Assembly: GCA_965214095.1 (NCBI GenBank) | Contig: OZ243938.1 | Span: forward strand, 1,856,001-1,920,000 | DNA from: Candidatus Poribacteria bacterium | GTDB taxonomy: Bacteria; Poribacteria; WGA-4E; WGA-3G | DNA: 64,000 bases | Direction of reading: 5' to 3' | In this document: positions 28,295 through 37,350 of the stretch, in pieces | Numbering within the stretch: position 1 is the stretch's first letter | Layout: every line of letters begins with the position of its first letter | Position numbers and translations under genes: made by a program | Notes under the pieces: generated by a model | Database searches by the model: none | The model's input: only the letters and a program-made list of their open reading frames with translations | Told to the model about the DNA's origin: nothing

Positions 28295-29110
28295 TCATTT
28301 CGGTTCTAAATATTTTAGTGGACTTTCAACAATGTATTTACCAGACGCTTCAAGAAAGTGCTGGACAAGATAGACATGTCCTCCACCAATAATCAACAGA
28401 ATTCGTTCATTATTAGACTCTGTTATCCGTGTCAGGTTGACAAAGATTTTGAGATTGCGCGTATACCATTGATGTCCAACCCAATTCGCACCAGGATATT
28501 GTTCTCCTAATCCAATCTGTGCCATCTGCAAGTATAGCCGATGTTCAGCACTTCTACCTTCCGGTTGATTGCCGCGTATGAACATGTCAATAAGTGGTTC
28601 ATATTCCTTTGGTTCTATCCAGACTCTACCGTCTTCCTGTTCATTAAATTCTACATCCTCACCAGAATAAAAGTCCTCTACACTGGATAAAAGGTGTTCT
28701 TGATTATGTTCATTTGCGAACTTATCAATATCCAACAAATTGGAGTCAAAATCTTCTGGAAAAAACGGGTCTTGTTTTGGAAAATAATCAACACAGAAAA
28801 TCTTTGAGTGTCCCATCTGTTTTGCTAACCGAAAACCGAGTTGGTCACCTTCACCCCGTTCAAGTTCGTAAGTGCCGTTAAGATAGCCTTGATAGTTCTC
28901 TTGTGCTTCAGCGTCAAATCTCTGGTCTATTTCAAGTGCAACTTTTGTAGGACGAAACGGTTTGAGTGCCTCAACCATTTGTTCTATCTCACTTTGCCGT
29001 TTAGGTGAAAGCACATCATCCATTCTGTAATTGTATGCGTCCAATCCAGGATTAGCAAAGTGTCCACTCCCAAGTATTATGATTGTTGGTTTTGTTTTAT
29101 CTTGCATCAA
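28295..29110 (-). CDS. DUF5694-like protein (paralogue B)
   Basis: ILGSGHFANPG..RQSEI..FRPTKVALE..WYTRNLKIF..IIGGGH. Confidence 0.75.
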   Translation of the reverse strand: MMQDKTKPTIIILGSGHFANPGLDAYNYRMDDVLSPKRQSEIEQMVEALKPFRPTKVALEIDQRFDAEAQENYQGYLNGTYELERGEGDQLGFRLAKQMGHSKIFCVDYFPKQDPFFPEDFDSNLLDIDKFANEHNQEHLLSSVEDFYSGEDVEFNEQEDGRVWIEPKEYEPLIDMFIRGNQPEGRSAEHRLYLQMAQIGLGEQYPGANWVGHQWYTRNLKIFVNLTRITESNNERILLIIGGGHVYLVQHFLEASGKYIVESPLKYLEPK

Positions 29111-29913
29111 TTTATATCCTCCGATTTTATATATTTTAGTGGACTTTCAATGATATAATCCCCTGAATCCTCAAGAAATTGCTGAAGCAGAAAGACAAGT
29201 CCAGCACCGATTATCACAAGTATCCTATCCTCAGTAGATTCTGTGATGCGCGTCAGGTTGACAAAGACTTTAAGATTTCGTGGATACCAGTGATTTCCAA
29301 CCCAATTCGCACCAGGATATTGATTTCTTATGCCGACTTGGGACATCCGCAAGTATGACTGATGATCAGCGCGCCTTCCTTCAGGTTGATTATACCGTAT
29401 ATACATGTCTATGATTGATTCGTACTTTTTAGGTTCAATCCAGACTCTTCCATCCTCCTCTTGGTGTGTTTTTCCTTCGGGAATATCAAAATCCTCCATT
29501 TTAGGAAGAAGGTGTTCTTGGTTATTTTCCATGGCGAATTTGTCTATATCTATCAAATTTCGGTCAAGGTCTTCTGGGAAGAATGGGTCATGCTCAGGAG
29601 AAAAATCTACACAATATACTTTTGAATGTCCCATCTCCTTTGCCAAACGATAGCCTATCTGATCATGTTCCCAACGTTTGAGATCATACGTACCATCAAC
29701 ATAATCTTGATAGTTAACATTAATTTCAGGTGCAAACCTTTGATCTGCTTGAAGTGCAACTTTGGTAGGGCGAAATTCTTTGAGTTGTGATACCAATAGT
29801 TTGATTTCACTTTGCCGTTTAGGGGCAAGTACATCATCCATTCTTATATTGAATGCATCCTTACCGGGATTTGCTAAATGTCCGCTGCCGAGTATCATGA
29901 TTGTCGGTTTCAT
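29107..29913 (-). CDS. DUF5694-like protein (paralogue A)
   Basis: Same motifs; ATGA overlaps with both neighbours. Confidence 0.75.
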   Translation of the reverse strand: MKPTIMILGSGHLANPGKDAFNIRMDDVLAPKRQSEIKLLVSQLKEFRPTKVALQADQRFAPEINVNYQDYVDGTYDLKRWEHDQIGYRLAKEMGHSKVYCVDFSPEHDPFFPEDLDRNLIDIDKFAMENNQEHLLPKMEDFDIPEGKTHQEEDGRVWIEPKKYESIIDMYIRYNQPEGRRADHQSYLRMSQVGIRNQYPGANWVGNHWYPRNLKVFVNLTRITESTEDRILVIIGAGLVFLLQQFLEDSGDYIIESPLKYIKSEDIN

Positions 29914-30446
29914 ACTTCTGTCTCCTCCATTAATCGATTTAATATCTCGCGCAATTGTTCACGAGCACGGAATAACATTGATTTAACACTGTTTTCAGGA
30001 CGTTTCAATTCCTCTGCGATTTGTTTGTAACTCATTTCCTCAAATTCTCGCATGATGATTGTTGATCGCATGGCAGGTGGTAATTCTTCAATCGCTTGCC
30101 GCACTAACTGCTTAAGTTCCAGTTTGATAGCAATTTCATCTGGGGTTGGATTTGTCTGGTATGAATAAGAATGCAGTAGCATTTCAAGTGTTTCACCCTC
30201 TTCCTCATCTAAATGCACCTGAAACTTACGGCGTTTGAGTTGGTTGAAACAGAGATTTTGGACACATTTCAGCATCCATGAGTGGGCTGTTTCCACCCTT
30301 AATGTTGTGCGATGTTCCCATGCTTTTATGAAGGTTTCTTGTGCCATGTCTTTTGCATCTTCACTGTTTTTGAGTAGATAAAAAGCATGACGATATACTT
30401 TATCTTGATGTTTTCGGATTAGTTCAAGGAATTTGTCTTCTGTCAT
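29910..30446 (-). CDS. ECF sigma factor
   Basis: DAKDMAQETFIKAW, MSYKQIAEEL..VKSMLFRARE; GGAG before ATG 30446. Confidence 0.9.
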   Translation of the reverse strand: MTEDKFLELIRKHQDKVYRHAFYLLKNSEDAKDMAQETFIKAWEHRTTLRVETAHSWMLKCVQNLCFNQLKRRKFQVHLDEEEGETLEMLLHSYSYQTNPTPDEIAIKLELKQLVRQAIEELPPAMRSTIIMREFEEMSYKQIAEELKRPENSVKSMLFRAREQLREILNRLMEETEV

Positions 30447-30474
30447 TTGTAACTCCGTGCGATTTGAGTTAACG

Positions 30475-30504
30475 CTACTACAAACAAGATGCAGAATTGT
30501 TGCA
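30475..30504 (-). promoter_or_regulatory. Putative ECF promoter TGCAAC-N16-TGTAGTA
   Basis: Near-identical motif at 35693-35721 upstream of the paralogous ECF gene. Confidence 0.55.
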
Positions 30505-30535
30505 TCTTTTTTCATATTAGTGAAATTTATATTAT

Positions 30536-30638
30536 TATAGTAGATTTTGAAATTACTTGAACACTCTGCATCGGCGAGGTTAGGAAACCTCGCCTACCGT
30601 GGGTCGAAAGTGTCAACTTATATTTATAATTCACTATG
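30536..30638. repeat. TATAGT-bounded element with REP hairpin (30572-30599)
   Basis: GGCGAGGTTAGGAAACCTCGCCTACCG hairpin; ACACTCTGCATC leader shared with the copy near 15508-15540. Confidence 0.6.
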
Positions 30639-30650
30639 AGTCCAATTAAG

Positions 30651-30685
30651 CAAAACAAAAAACCCTATCTTTTTGGGATAGGGTT
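30651..30685 (-). terminator. Rho-independent terminator
   Basis: AACCCTATC/GATAGGGTT stem followed by a T-rich run on the minus strand. Confidence 0.65.
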
Positions 30686-30776
30686 ATATTGTAGTTAGGA
30701 TATGTGAAGATCCATAAAGTGTCTGTGATATTCTGACAGCTTTCATATCGGTTGAAAGCGGACTCCTCAACAACTT

Positions 30777-31298
30777 TTAATCTGGAAACGAGTATTCCCA
30801 TCTTCTGGTTGTGCCATTATACCGACTAAAAGCACTTTGTAAACTTATGGACGAATCCAGTTCAATCTGATAGACATGATTGTGATTTCCTCTGTCAAAA
30901 TTTCCATCACCGTTAAACCGGACGATGAGATGAACTGAATTTGAACTATTCTCGTTTATAGAGTCAATCTTGGTACAAGTCAGTTTGACTGAAATACCTG
31001 GTTCCTCAGAATCAAATAATATTGTCTTTTTAAAATCCTGTGTAACGTTGTATACTTTTTCGCTATTGTGTATGATGGCTGTATTACCGAAGTTGTCCTT
31101 CTCCTCTCTGTAATCGGTCGAAATAAGCAGTTTGAATGCTGCACCTTTGGGGACATCTAACGACACGGTAGCACTTTCAGGTATATCTTTATCGGGGAAA
31201 ATCATTCCGCGTTCCGTTTCAGCACAACCCATAAGAAAAGGTACTGTAAACAGAGAAACGAAAACGGTAAGTCTTAAAATCCGATTCAATTTTTTCAT
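30777..31298 (-). CDS. Hypothetical lipoprotein
   Basis: Signal peptide with LMGC lipobox; AAGGAG RBS. Confidence 0.7.
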   Translation of the reverse strand: MKKLNRILRLTVFVSLFTVPFLMGCAETERGMIFPDKDIPESATVSLDVPKGAAFKLLISTDYREEKDNFGNTAIIHNSEKVYNVTQDFKKTILFDSEEPGISVKLTCTKIDSINENSSNSVHLIVRFNGDGNFDRGNHNHVYQIELDSSISLQSAFSRYNGTTRRWEYSFPD

Positions 31299-31356
31299 TG
31301 TACTCTCCTTTCAATTTCAAATTAGATGATTATCCTATATTTTCGTATCAATGAGA

Positions 31357-33849
31357 TTAAAATGTGCGGGACCATTTGAAATTGGCTTGATATTCTCTAT
31401 TCCTCTCAAGTGCCCTTGCGAAGTTCCATCTGAAGATACCGAGCTGGAATCCGACACCGAGGTTAACCTTCGGGTAAATATCTTTGATTTCATCCAAATT
31501 CATCCATGTTTGTCCTATGTCTACAAATGGGACGACATAAATGCCGTGTGCTAAGGTATGCACATACTCCATATTGAATAGGAACCCGTGGTTTCCTACA
31601 AATTCGTAGAGCGAGTATCCGCGTAAAGTTCCATCAAAACCCAACACAAATTGACGTTGGTAAGGCAGCATATACGAAGTAGATGCAAGTGCAACTTTTA
31701 GTCGTGTATCAATACGATCATCTCCAATTGGGTGATAGTTTCGAAGGTGTACCACAAAGCGAGTGAAATCAAACGTAGAACCCATAGCAGAGTTTGAATG
31801 CTCAACAAGGAAAGTGTTATACCACTCACTTGTATTCCTTCGGTTACCCAAGTCGTATCTTACGCCAATGTTTTCGCGAGTGTCAAAATCGTATTTTAGG
31901 GTGATGCTATGCATTCTGCCATCATATATAGGAGAATTAGGTCTTAAATCTGTGCCTAAGTGGTATCTTGACGTTCCGATACTGAAGTATGAGGTGCTAT
32001 CTTCCCATATACTTTCATGTTCTTCCAATAGCAGTGATAGACCGAGCGTATGCTTTAACGATGCATGCTGCCATTGCAATCCCATCACGCCACCTTTTCT
32101 TGTATAATAGTCTTGAAAATCAGCATCAAAGAACGCTCTCAAAAACTGTTCGCTACCAGCCAACAAGAGATCTCTGTCTCTGGCAGATGTTAATCTATGA
32201 ATTTGGAAACTATAAGTAAGACTTGACTCCTTACCGAATTTAATGCCACCACCAAGGCGGTAATTGGGGGTTTCTGTCCGAAGTGCATAACTCATTGTGC
32301 CATATACGAAGGGTTGTGGTGATAATCCAGTGCCTATACCGATTGGTGTATTACTTGCTTCTATATTTCGGTGGATTGTTTCACCGGACCTATCAAAAAA
32401 GTATGGATCAGAATTCCACCGTGTTCCGAGTTCAAATCCACCACCGAGCCTCAGACCATCAATAGGATTTAACCCACTGGAATTCGTAATACGAAAGAAA
32501 TCCCTGTTTGTAGGAGAACCGTCTTTACCACGAGTGAAAACGCCTGATGCATTGTATTTACCTTTCTCAATTACCTCTAACATTCCCTGCAAGCGGGAAG
32601 CCTTTTGAGGTGGTATAACCCGAATCCAATTACCATCGTTTTTGTATTGTTTTTCAACACCTATATTTGACCACCAAGAATTTTCACCTGTCCGCTGCTG
32701 TCTCCTGTTGAAGTTAATCCCCATTTGAATCGGTTCGGAAGTAACTGGATAGTCTAACACCTTCCAAGGAATTTCCATCTCTACGACCCATCCATCATCA
32801 ACGGTATTCGCAGCGACATTTAATTGGTCTGCCTTCATCTGGTTTACCACTAGAGATCTCTTTGGATCTGATGCAAATTGCACATATTTCTTCCCCAGCG
32901 GATTTACCATAAACAGAGTCCTGTGTGTTGGTTTATGGGTTTGAAATGGGTCAATGCTGAAGCAGACCATGTCCTCGTTCACAAATTGTAAATGATCTTT
33001 AGTCCGGTGTCTTTTGATTCTTTCTGGATCAGAATCGAGCATTTTCCAAGCAACAAAGATCGATTTGTCTGTGTAGACAATTTTAACTGTCGTCTGGTCT
33101 TTGACCGGTTTCTCAGTGCCTTCGTGCGTGAACCTATCGGCTTGCGGTGCGGTTTTCCAGCATTCATCATCAAATTTGCCATCAATCTTTGGTGGTTTAC
33201 CGGTTTTGACAGCGAGAATCTCTTTTTGAACGGTATCTCTTTTTGCCTTTGGTTCAACACCTGACTTCAGAGTGTCTTCAAGATCAATGTCTGTCATACC
33301 GAACTTGCTTAAGTTGCCAAGCAATTCAGTAATCTTATCTGGAGCGATTTCACCGACAATGTTTATAAGGGTTACTTCATCAGGATCATGAGATGCGATA
33401 ATTACAAAGATCCCGTAAGCCACATCTTCATCAAACAACAATCTGATTTCAACCATACCATCTTTGTCTTTGGTTTTGTGCTCTTCCTTGACTCTTACGA
33501 GGACTTCCCACTTATCTTCCTTCAGTATATTCTGGTAATACTTAATCATTCCTAATTCGGATTCACCATATTCATTATAGGTGCGAAGATAGATGCCGTC
33601 AATCATCCCAATTAGTCCTGCTACCTCTGGCTTGGTACTGACGGATTTAGTCACCAAATTAATAAGTCTGTCCGTTAGATTAACTTCAACATGTGCTTCC
33701 ATTTCATCCAGATAGTCAAACGGGATGAGTCCTTTTTTCGTCTGTTGTTTTGGCTGTTTTTCTTGTGCTAATACTTGATGGATTGGCACAATCCATAATG
33801 CTAAACAGAATACCGCAAACAACAGTGTTAGGGTTCTTTTGAGTTCCAT
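31357..33849 (-). CDS. DUF4252-like + CBM9-like + Omp85/BamA-TamA-like beta-barrel fusion
   Basis: N-domain VEVNL..TLINIVGEI; mid PKIDGKFDDECW..DDGWVVEMEIPW; C-terminal LRGY, PFVDIG, terminal F. Confidence 0.7.
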   Translation of the reverse strand: MELKRTLTLLFAVFCLALWIVPIHQVLAQEKQPKQQTKKGLIPFDYLDEMEAHVEVNLTDRLINLVTKSVSTKPEVAGLIGMIDGIYLRTYNEYGESELGMIKYYQNILKEDKWEVLVRVKEEHKTKDKDGMVEIRLLFDEDVAYGIFVIIASHDPDEVTLINIVGEIAPDKITELLGNLSKFGMTDIDLEDTLKSGVEPKAKRDTVQKEILAVKTGKPPKIDGKFDDECWKTAPQADRFTHEGTEKPVKDQTTVKIVYTDKSIFVAWKMLDSDPERIKRHRTKDHLQFVNEDMVCFSIDPFQTHKPTHRTLFMVNPLGKKYVQFASDPKRSLVVNQMKADQLNVAANTVDDGWVVEMEIPWKVLDYPVTSEPIQMGINFNRRQQRTGENSWWSNIGVEKQYKNDGNWIRVIPPQKASRLQGMLEVIEKGKYNASGVFTRGKDGSPTNRDFFRITNSSGLNPIDGLRLGGGFELGTRWNSDPYFFDRSGETIHRNIEASNTPIGIGTGLSPQPFVYGTMSYALRTETPNYRLGGGIKFGKESSLTYSFQIHRLTSARDRDLLLAGSEQFLRAFFDADFQDYYTRKGGVMGLQWQHASLKHTLGLSLLLEEHESIWEDSTSYFSIGTSRYHLGTDLRPNSPIYDGRMHSITLKYDFDTRENIGVRYDLGNRRNTSEWYNTFLVEHSNSAMGSTFDFTRFVVHLRNYHPIGDDRIDTRLKVALASTSYMLPYQRQFVLGFDGTLRGYSLYEFVGNHGFLFNMEYVHTLAHGIYVVPFVDIGQTWMNLDEIKDIYPKVNLGVGFQLGIFRWNFARALERNREYQANFKWSRTF

Positions 33850-33915
33850 GGTGTAATTCTCCTTTTATAATACCTCATTGGACAAGAGTATTTATGTGTG
33901 TGGAATGCCTCTTGT

Positions 33916-34458
33916 TCACTTTTTAATTCCAAACTTTCCATCAATCTTGATGTCCTTTAAGAACTCAGGATTGGATTCCAAAATTTTTCCAAACAGTATG
34001 CCAAGTTTTTGAAAATCAATCTCACCCCATACGTTCACAAAAGTAGTATTCTGTTTATCCGTAAAGGATACGAAAATGCCGTTGACAACACCTGGTGTCT
34101 CAGCGTAAAGTAGGCAGACGCGGAGTTCGTCCTTGACCTTAACAATGTGCTCCCAGTCCTCTGTTTTGAGAATTTCTTGGTAACGACTTTTCATTTTAGT
34201 TAAGTCACTGGACTCATTATCATAACTGCGAATGAAAACACCTTCTATCATCTCCGCATACTCTGACAAAACTGGTTCGTTTACTGTGAATTTGATAAAG
34301 AGATTGAAAAAGGATTGGTCTAAGTTAACTTCAATCGTTGGGGTTGCGTCATCAGGCATGTACATATCTATTTTGCCACGAATTGCCTCGGTTTCTGCTA
34401 TACCGTTGCCAAGAAAGCATAAAGCGACTAATAGGACAGCAAGGGTAAATCGTTTCAT
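33916..34458 (-). CDS. DUF4252-like periplasmic protein
   Basis: Signal peptide; IEVNL..WEHIVKVKD..FVNVWGEID; typical ECF/anti-sigma/DUF4252 context. Confidence 0.7.
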   Translation of the reverse strand: MKRFTLAVLLVALCFLGNGIAETEAIRGKIDMYMPDDATPTIEVNLDQSFFNLFIKFTVNEPVLSEYAEMIEGVFIRSYDNESSDLTKMKSRYQEILKTEDWEHIVKVKDELRVCLLYAETPGVVNGIFVSFTDKQNTTFVNVWGEIDFQKLGILFGKILESNPEFLKDIKIDGKFGIKK

Positions 34459-35126
34459 TGTGTATTTCCTCCTAGAATTTGATTGTTCTGTTGTATAGGA
34501 TTATTTGACTTAATTGTATCTGACTCTTGGTAATTTTCTGAACCAGTTAAGATGTTGAGAACACCCAGACTCTGTTGAATTGCAGGTGAGATATCCTTTG
34601 TCGGTTTTAGTGCGCGACGTGGTGCATCGTCAACGTTGAGTGATGTAAAACTATCGTTTACTGCCAGACTTGTTTTACGAACAGCAGATTGCATCTTACT
34701 CATTGCATATTGAAAGTCACTTTTTGCTTGTTCTACTTCGACATACCTTTGATATTGGTGAACACCGAATAACATAAGGCAGATAAGAGCAACCATTGCA
34801 CTTACACGCAGCAATGGTGAACGTAAGTATTCCAAAACGGTAGAAAATTGAAAGAATCGATGTAACCAACCTTCGCTTTTAGGATTTGCGCGAACATAAG
34901 TTGTAACCTCTCTTAGAATTTCAGGAGGTGATGTAGGCTTTGGCAAGTCATCTAAAACCGTATCAATCGTTTGTGCTAAATGCAGTTCGTGTTGACATTT
35001 GTTACATGTGGTGAGATGCGATGTAATAGCAGATTCGGTTTGGTCATCCAATTCACCCATGATATATTCTTCCAATAGTGTTTGGAAGTCTTTACATGTT
35101 CTGCCGTGTGATGCTTTTTGTGTCAT
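34455..35126 (-). CDS. zf-HC2 transmembrane anti-sigma factor
   Basis: HLTTCNKC motif, single TM, directly after ECF sigma. Confidence 0.85.
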   Translation of the reverse strand: MTQKASHGRTCKDFQTLLEEYIMGELDDQTESAITSHLTTCNKCQHELHLAQTIDTVLDDLPKPTSPPEILREVTTYVRANPKSEGWLHRFFQFSTVLEYLRSPLLRVSAMVALICLMLFGVHQYQRYVEVEQAKSDFQYAMSKMQSAVRKTSLAVNDSFTSLNVDDAPRRALKPTKDISPAIQQSLGVLNILTGSENYQESDTIKSNNPIQQNNQILGGNTQ

Positions 35127-35129
35127 CGG

Positions 35130-35663
35130 TTATGTCTCCATGAGGCCGCTCAATATCTCGCGTAATTTTTTACGAGCACGAAATACGGTTGATTTCACAC
35201 TATTTTCAGGTTGTTTTACTATCACTGCGATCTCCTTGTAACTCATCTCCTCTAATTCACGCATTATAACTATAGATCTCATAGAAGCCGGCAATTCTCC
35301 AATTGCGCGATGTACCAACTGCTTGGTTTCATGCATAATCGTAATCTCCTCCGGGGATGGACTTGACTTGTTTTCTTGTGTCTTTAGTAGCATGCCAAAC
35401 GTATCACCTTCATCATCTTCTTCTGATAAATGGACCTGAAACTTTCTGCGTTTTATTAGGTTAAAACAGAGATTTCGTGTGCATTTCAGCAACCATGCGT
35501 GAACAGTTTTTTGTCTTAATTTTTTCCGATGTTGCCATGCTTTGATAAAGGTCTCTTGTGTCATATCTTTTGCGTCTTCAGTGTTTTTGAGTAGATAGAG
35601 TGCATGCCGATAGATTCCATCTTGATGTTTGCGAACTAGTTCAAGGAATTCGTCTTCAGTCAT
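35130..35663 (-). CDS. ECF sigma factor
   Basis: DAKDMTQETFIKAW, MSYKEIA..VKSTVFRARKKL; GGAGGTG before ATG 35663. Confidence 0.9.
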   Translation of the reverse strand: MTEDEFLELVRKHQDGIYRHALYLLKNTEDAKDMTQETFIKAWQHRKKLRQKTVHAWLLKCTRNLCFNLIKRRKFQVHLSEEDDEGDTFGMLLKTQENKSSPSPEEITIMHETKQLVHRAIGELPASMRSIVIMRELEEMSYKEIAVIVKQPENSVKSTVFRARKKLREILSGLMET

Positions 35664-35832
35664 GTCATCACCTCCGCACTTGAGGTTAATGGTACTACAA
35701 TCAAGATGCAAATCGGTTGCACCTTTCTTGTCTTTTTTGGTAATAACCCAAAAAAGAAATACCTCAATACCGATTAATGGGATTATATCACATTAATCTG
35801 ATACTGAGGTCATTGCATAATATTACTACGAT

Positions 35833-37278
35833 TTACACGAGAGTGGGTAGAAGTGACGGCAGGATACCGATGAGGATAATCCCAACTGCAGCGAGTGTCA
35901 GTCCGATAACTAAGGTTGATGGGTATGGGTTGAATTCCAATTCTTCTTCCGGTTCACGCATATACATGGTTACGACAACTCGGAGATAATAGAACGCTGA
36001 AATCGCAGTGTTGAGAGCACCGACAATGACGAGTAAGTAGAGTTCTGCACTGATAGCAGATTTGAAGAGATACAATTTCCCGATAAATCCAGCAGTTGGT
36101 GGGAAACCAGCAAGTGATAAAAGCATAGTCGTCATGAATATAGCAAGTAGCGGTTTACGGAATCCGAGTCCTGCGTAATCAGAAATCATGAGGTTCTCAC
36201 CATCAGCAGTTCTTGCCAAGATAACAGCACCAAATGCACCGATATTCATTACACAGTAGACGAGGAGATAAAACATCGCGCCTGATTTACCATCAGCGTT
36301 TGCTGCTGCTAAACCTACCATCACATAACCTGCGTGTGCAATACTTGAATATGCAAGCATGCGTTTGATGTTCGTTTGTGCAATAGCAATTATGTTTCCA
36401 ACTGACATTGTTAGCATTGCTAAAAGCACGATAACACCCGTTGCTTGATCGGGTAGCTTTGGCAGTGCGTCAATGAAAATCGTGAGAAATGCAGCGAAGC
36501 CAGCTGCTTTTGGACCTGCAGAAATGAAGGCAGCAATTGTAGTGGGTGCTCCTTCATATACATCGGGTGCCCATTGATGGAAAGGAACAATCGCAACCTT
36601 AAATCCAAACCCAACGATAAGCAAGAACATTCCTGCTAATAACAGTGGTGAAGATGAAAGCGGAGTTGATTGATTGTCAGTGGAGAGTTTTGAAATGATT
36701 TCTGGTATATTCGTTGTCCCTGCAGCACCATATATCAAGGCAATTCCATATAGGAAGAATGCACTTGCGAACGCACCGAGTAGTAGATATTTCATGCCTG
36801 CTTCGCTTGATGCTGGACTGTCTCGGAAATATCCCGCTAACACATACAATGATAACGACATCAGTTCCAAACCGAGGAAAACAATAATCAGTTCATTCCC
36901 TGCAGCCATTAACATCATACCGAGTGTTGAAAGTAGAATTAGAAGGTAGTATGGTCCCTGTTTTTTGTCATCTTTTCCTAAATAACTAATTGAGATTAGA
37001 GCAACTAATATCGTTGAAACGAGGAATATGATATTAAAAAAGAGAGAATAACCATTTATCCTAAACATTTCGTTGAACTGGGTTTGCTCTGTTCCTGCTT
37101 GTAGCAAATTAATGGATGACCACAAGGCGATCCCCGACCCGACGATTGTCATCCATCCCAATGTCTTTTTTGAAATTGAATCAATCATGTCAAAGACAAG
37201 GACGATTAACAACGTTGCAACGATGATAAGTTGTGGCATTAAAAGAGACCAATTAATATCAGGTATCTCTACTGGCAT
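35833..37278 (-). CDS. nuoN: NADH-quinone oxidoreductase subunit N
   Basis: GLELMSL, EAGMKY, FHQWAPDVYEGAP, KRMLAYSSIAHAGY. Confidence 0.95.
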   Translation of the reverse strand: MPVEIPDINWSLLMPQLIIVATLLIVLVFDMIDSISKKTLGWMTIVGSGIALWSSINLLQAGTEQTQFNEMFRINGYSLFFNIIFLVSTILVALISISYLGKDDKKQGPYYLLILLSTLGMMLMAAGNELIIVFLGLELMSLSLYVLAGYFRDSPASSEAGMKYLLLGAFASAFFLYGIALIYGAAGTTNIPEIISKLSTDNQSTPLSSSPLLLAGMFLLIVGFGFKVAIVPFHQWAPDVYEGAPTTIAAFISAGPKAAGFAAFLTIFIDALPKLPDQATGVIVLLAMLTMSVGNIIAIAQTNIKRMLAYSSIAHAGYVMVGLAAANADGKSGAMFYLLVYCVMNIGAFGAVILARTADGENLMISDYAGLGFRKPLLAIFMTTMLLSLAGFPPTAGFIGKLYLFKSAISAELYLLVIVGALNTAISAFYYLRVVVTMYMREPEEELEFNPYPSTLVIGLTLAAVGIILIGILPSLLPTLV

Positions 37279-37350
37279 TCAAAACCTCCGTTATAAAACT
37301 CCGAAATCTCAATAAATTTAGTGTAATTCATTAGACGTAGTTTATGTTTT

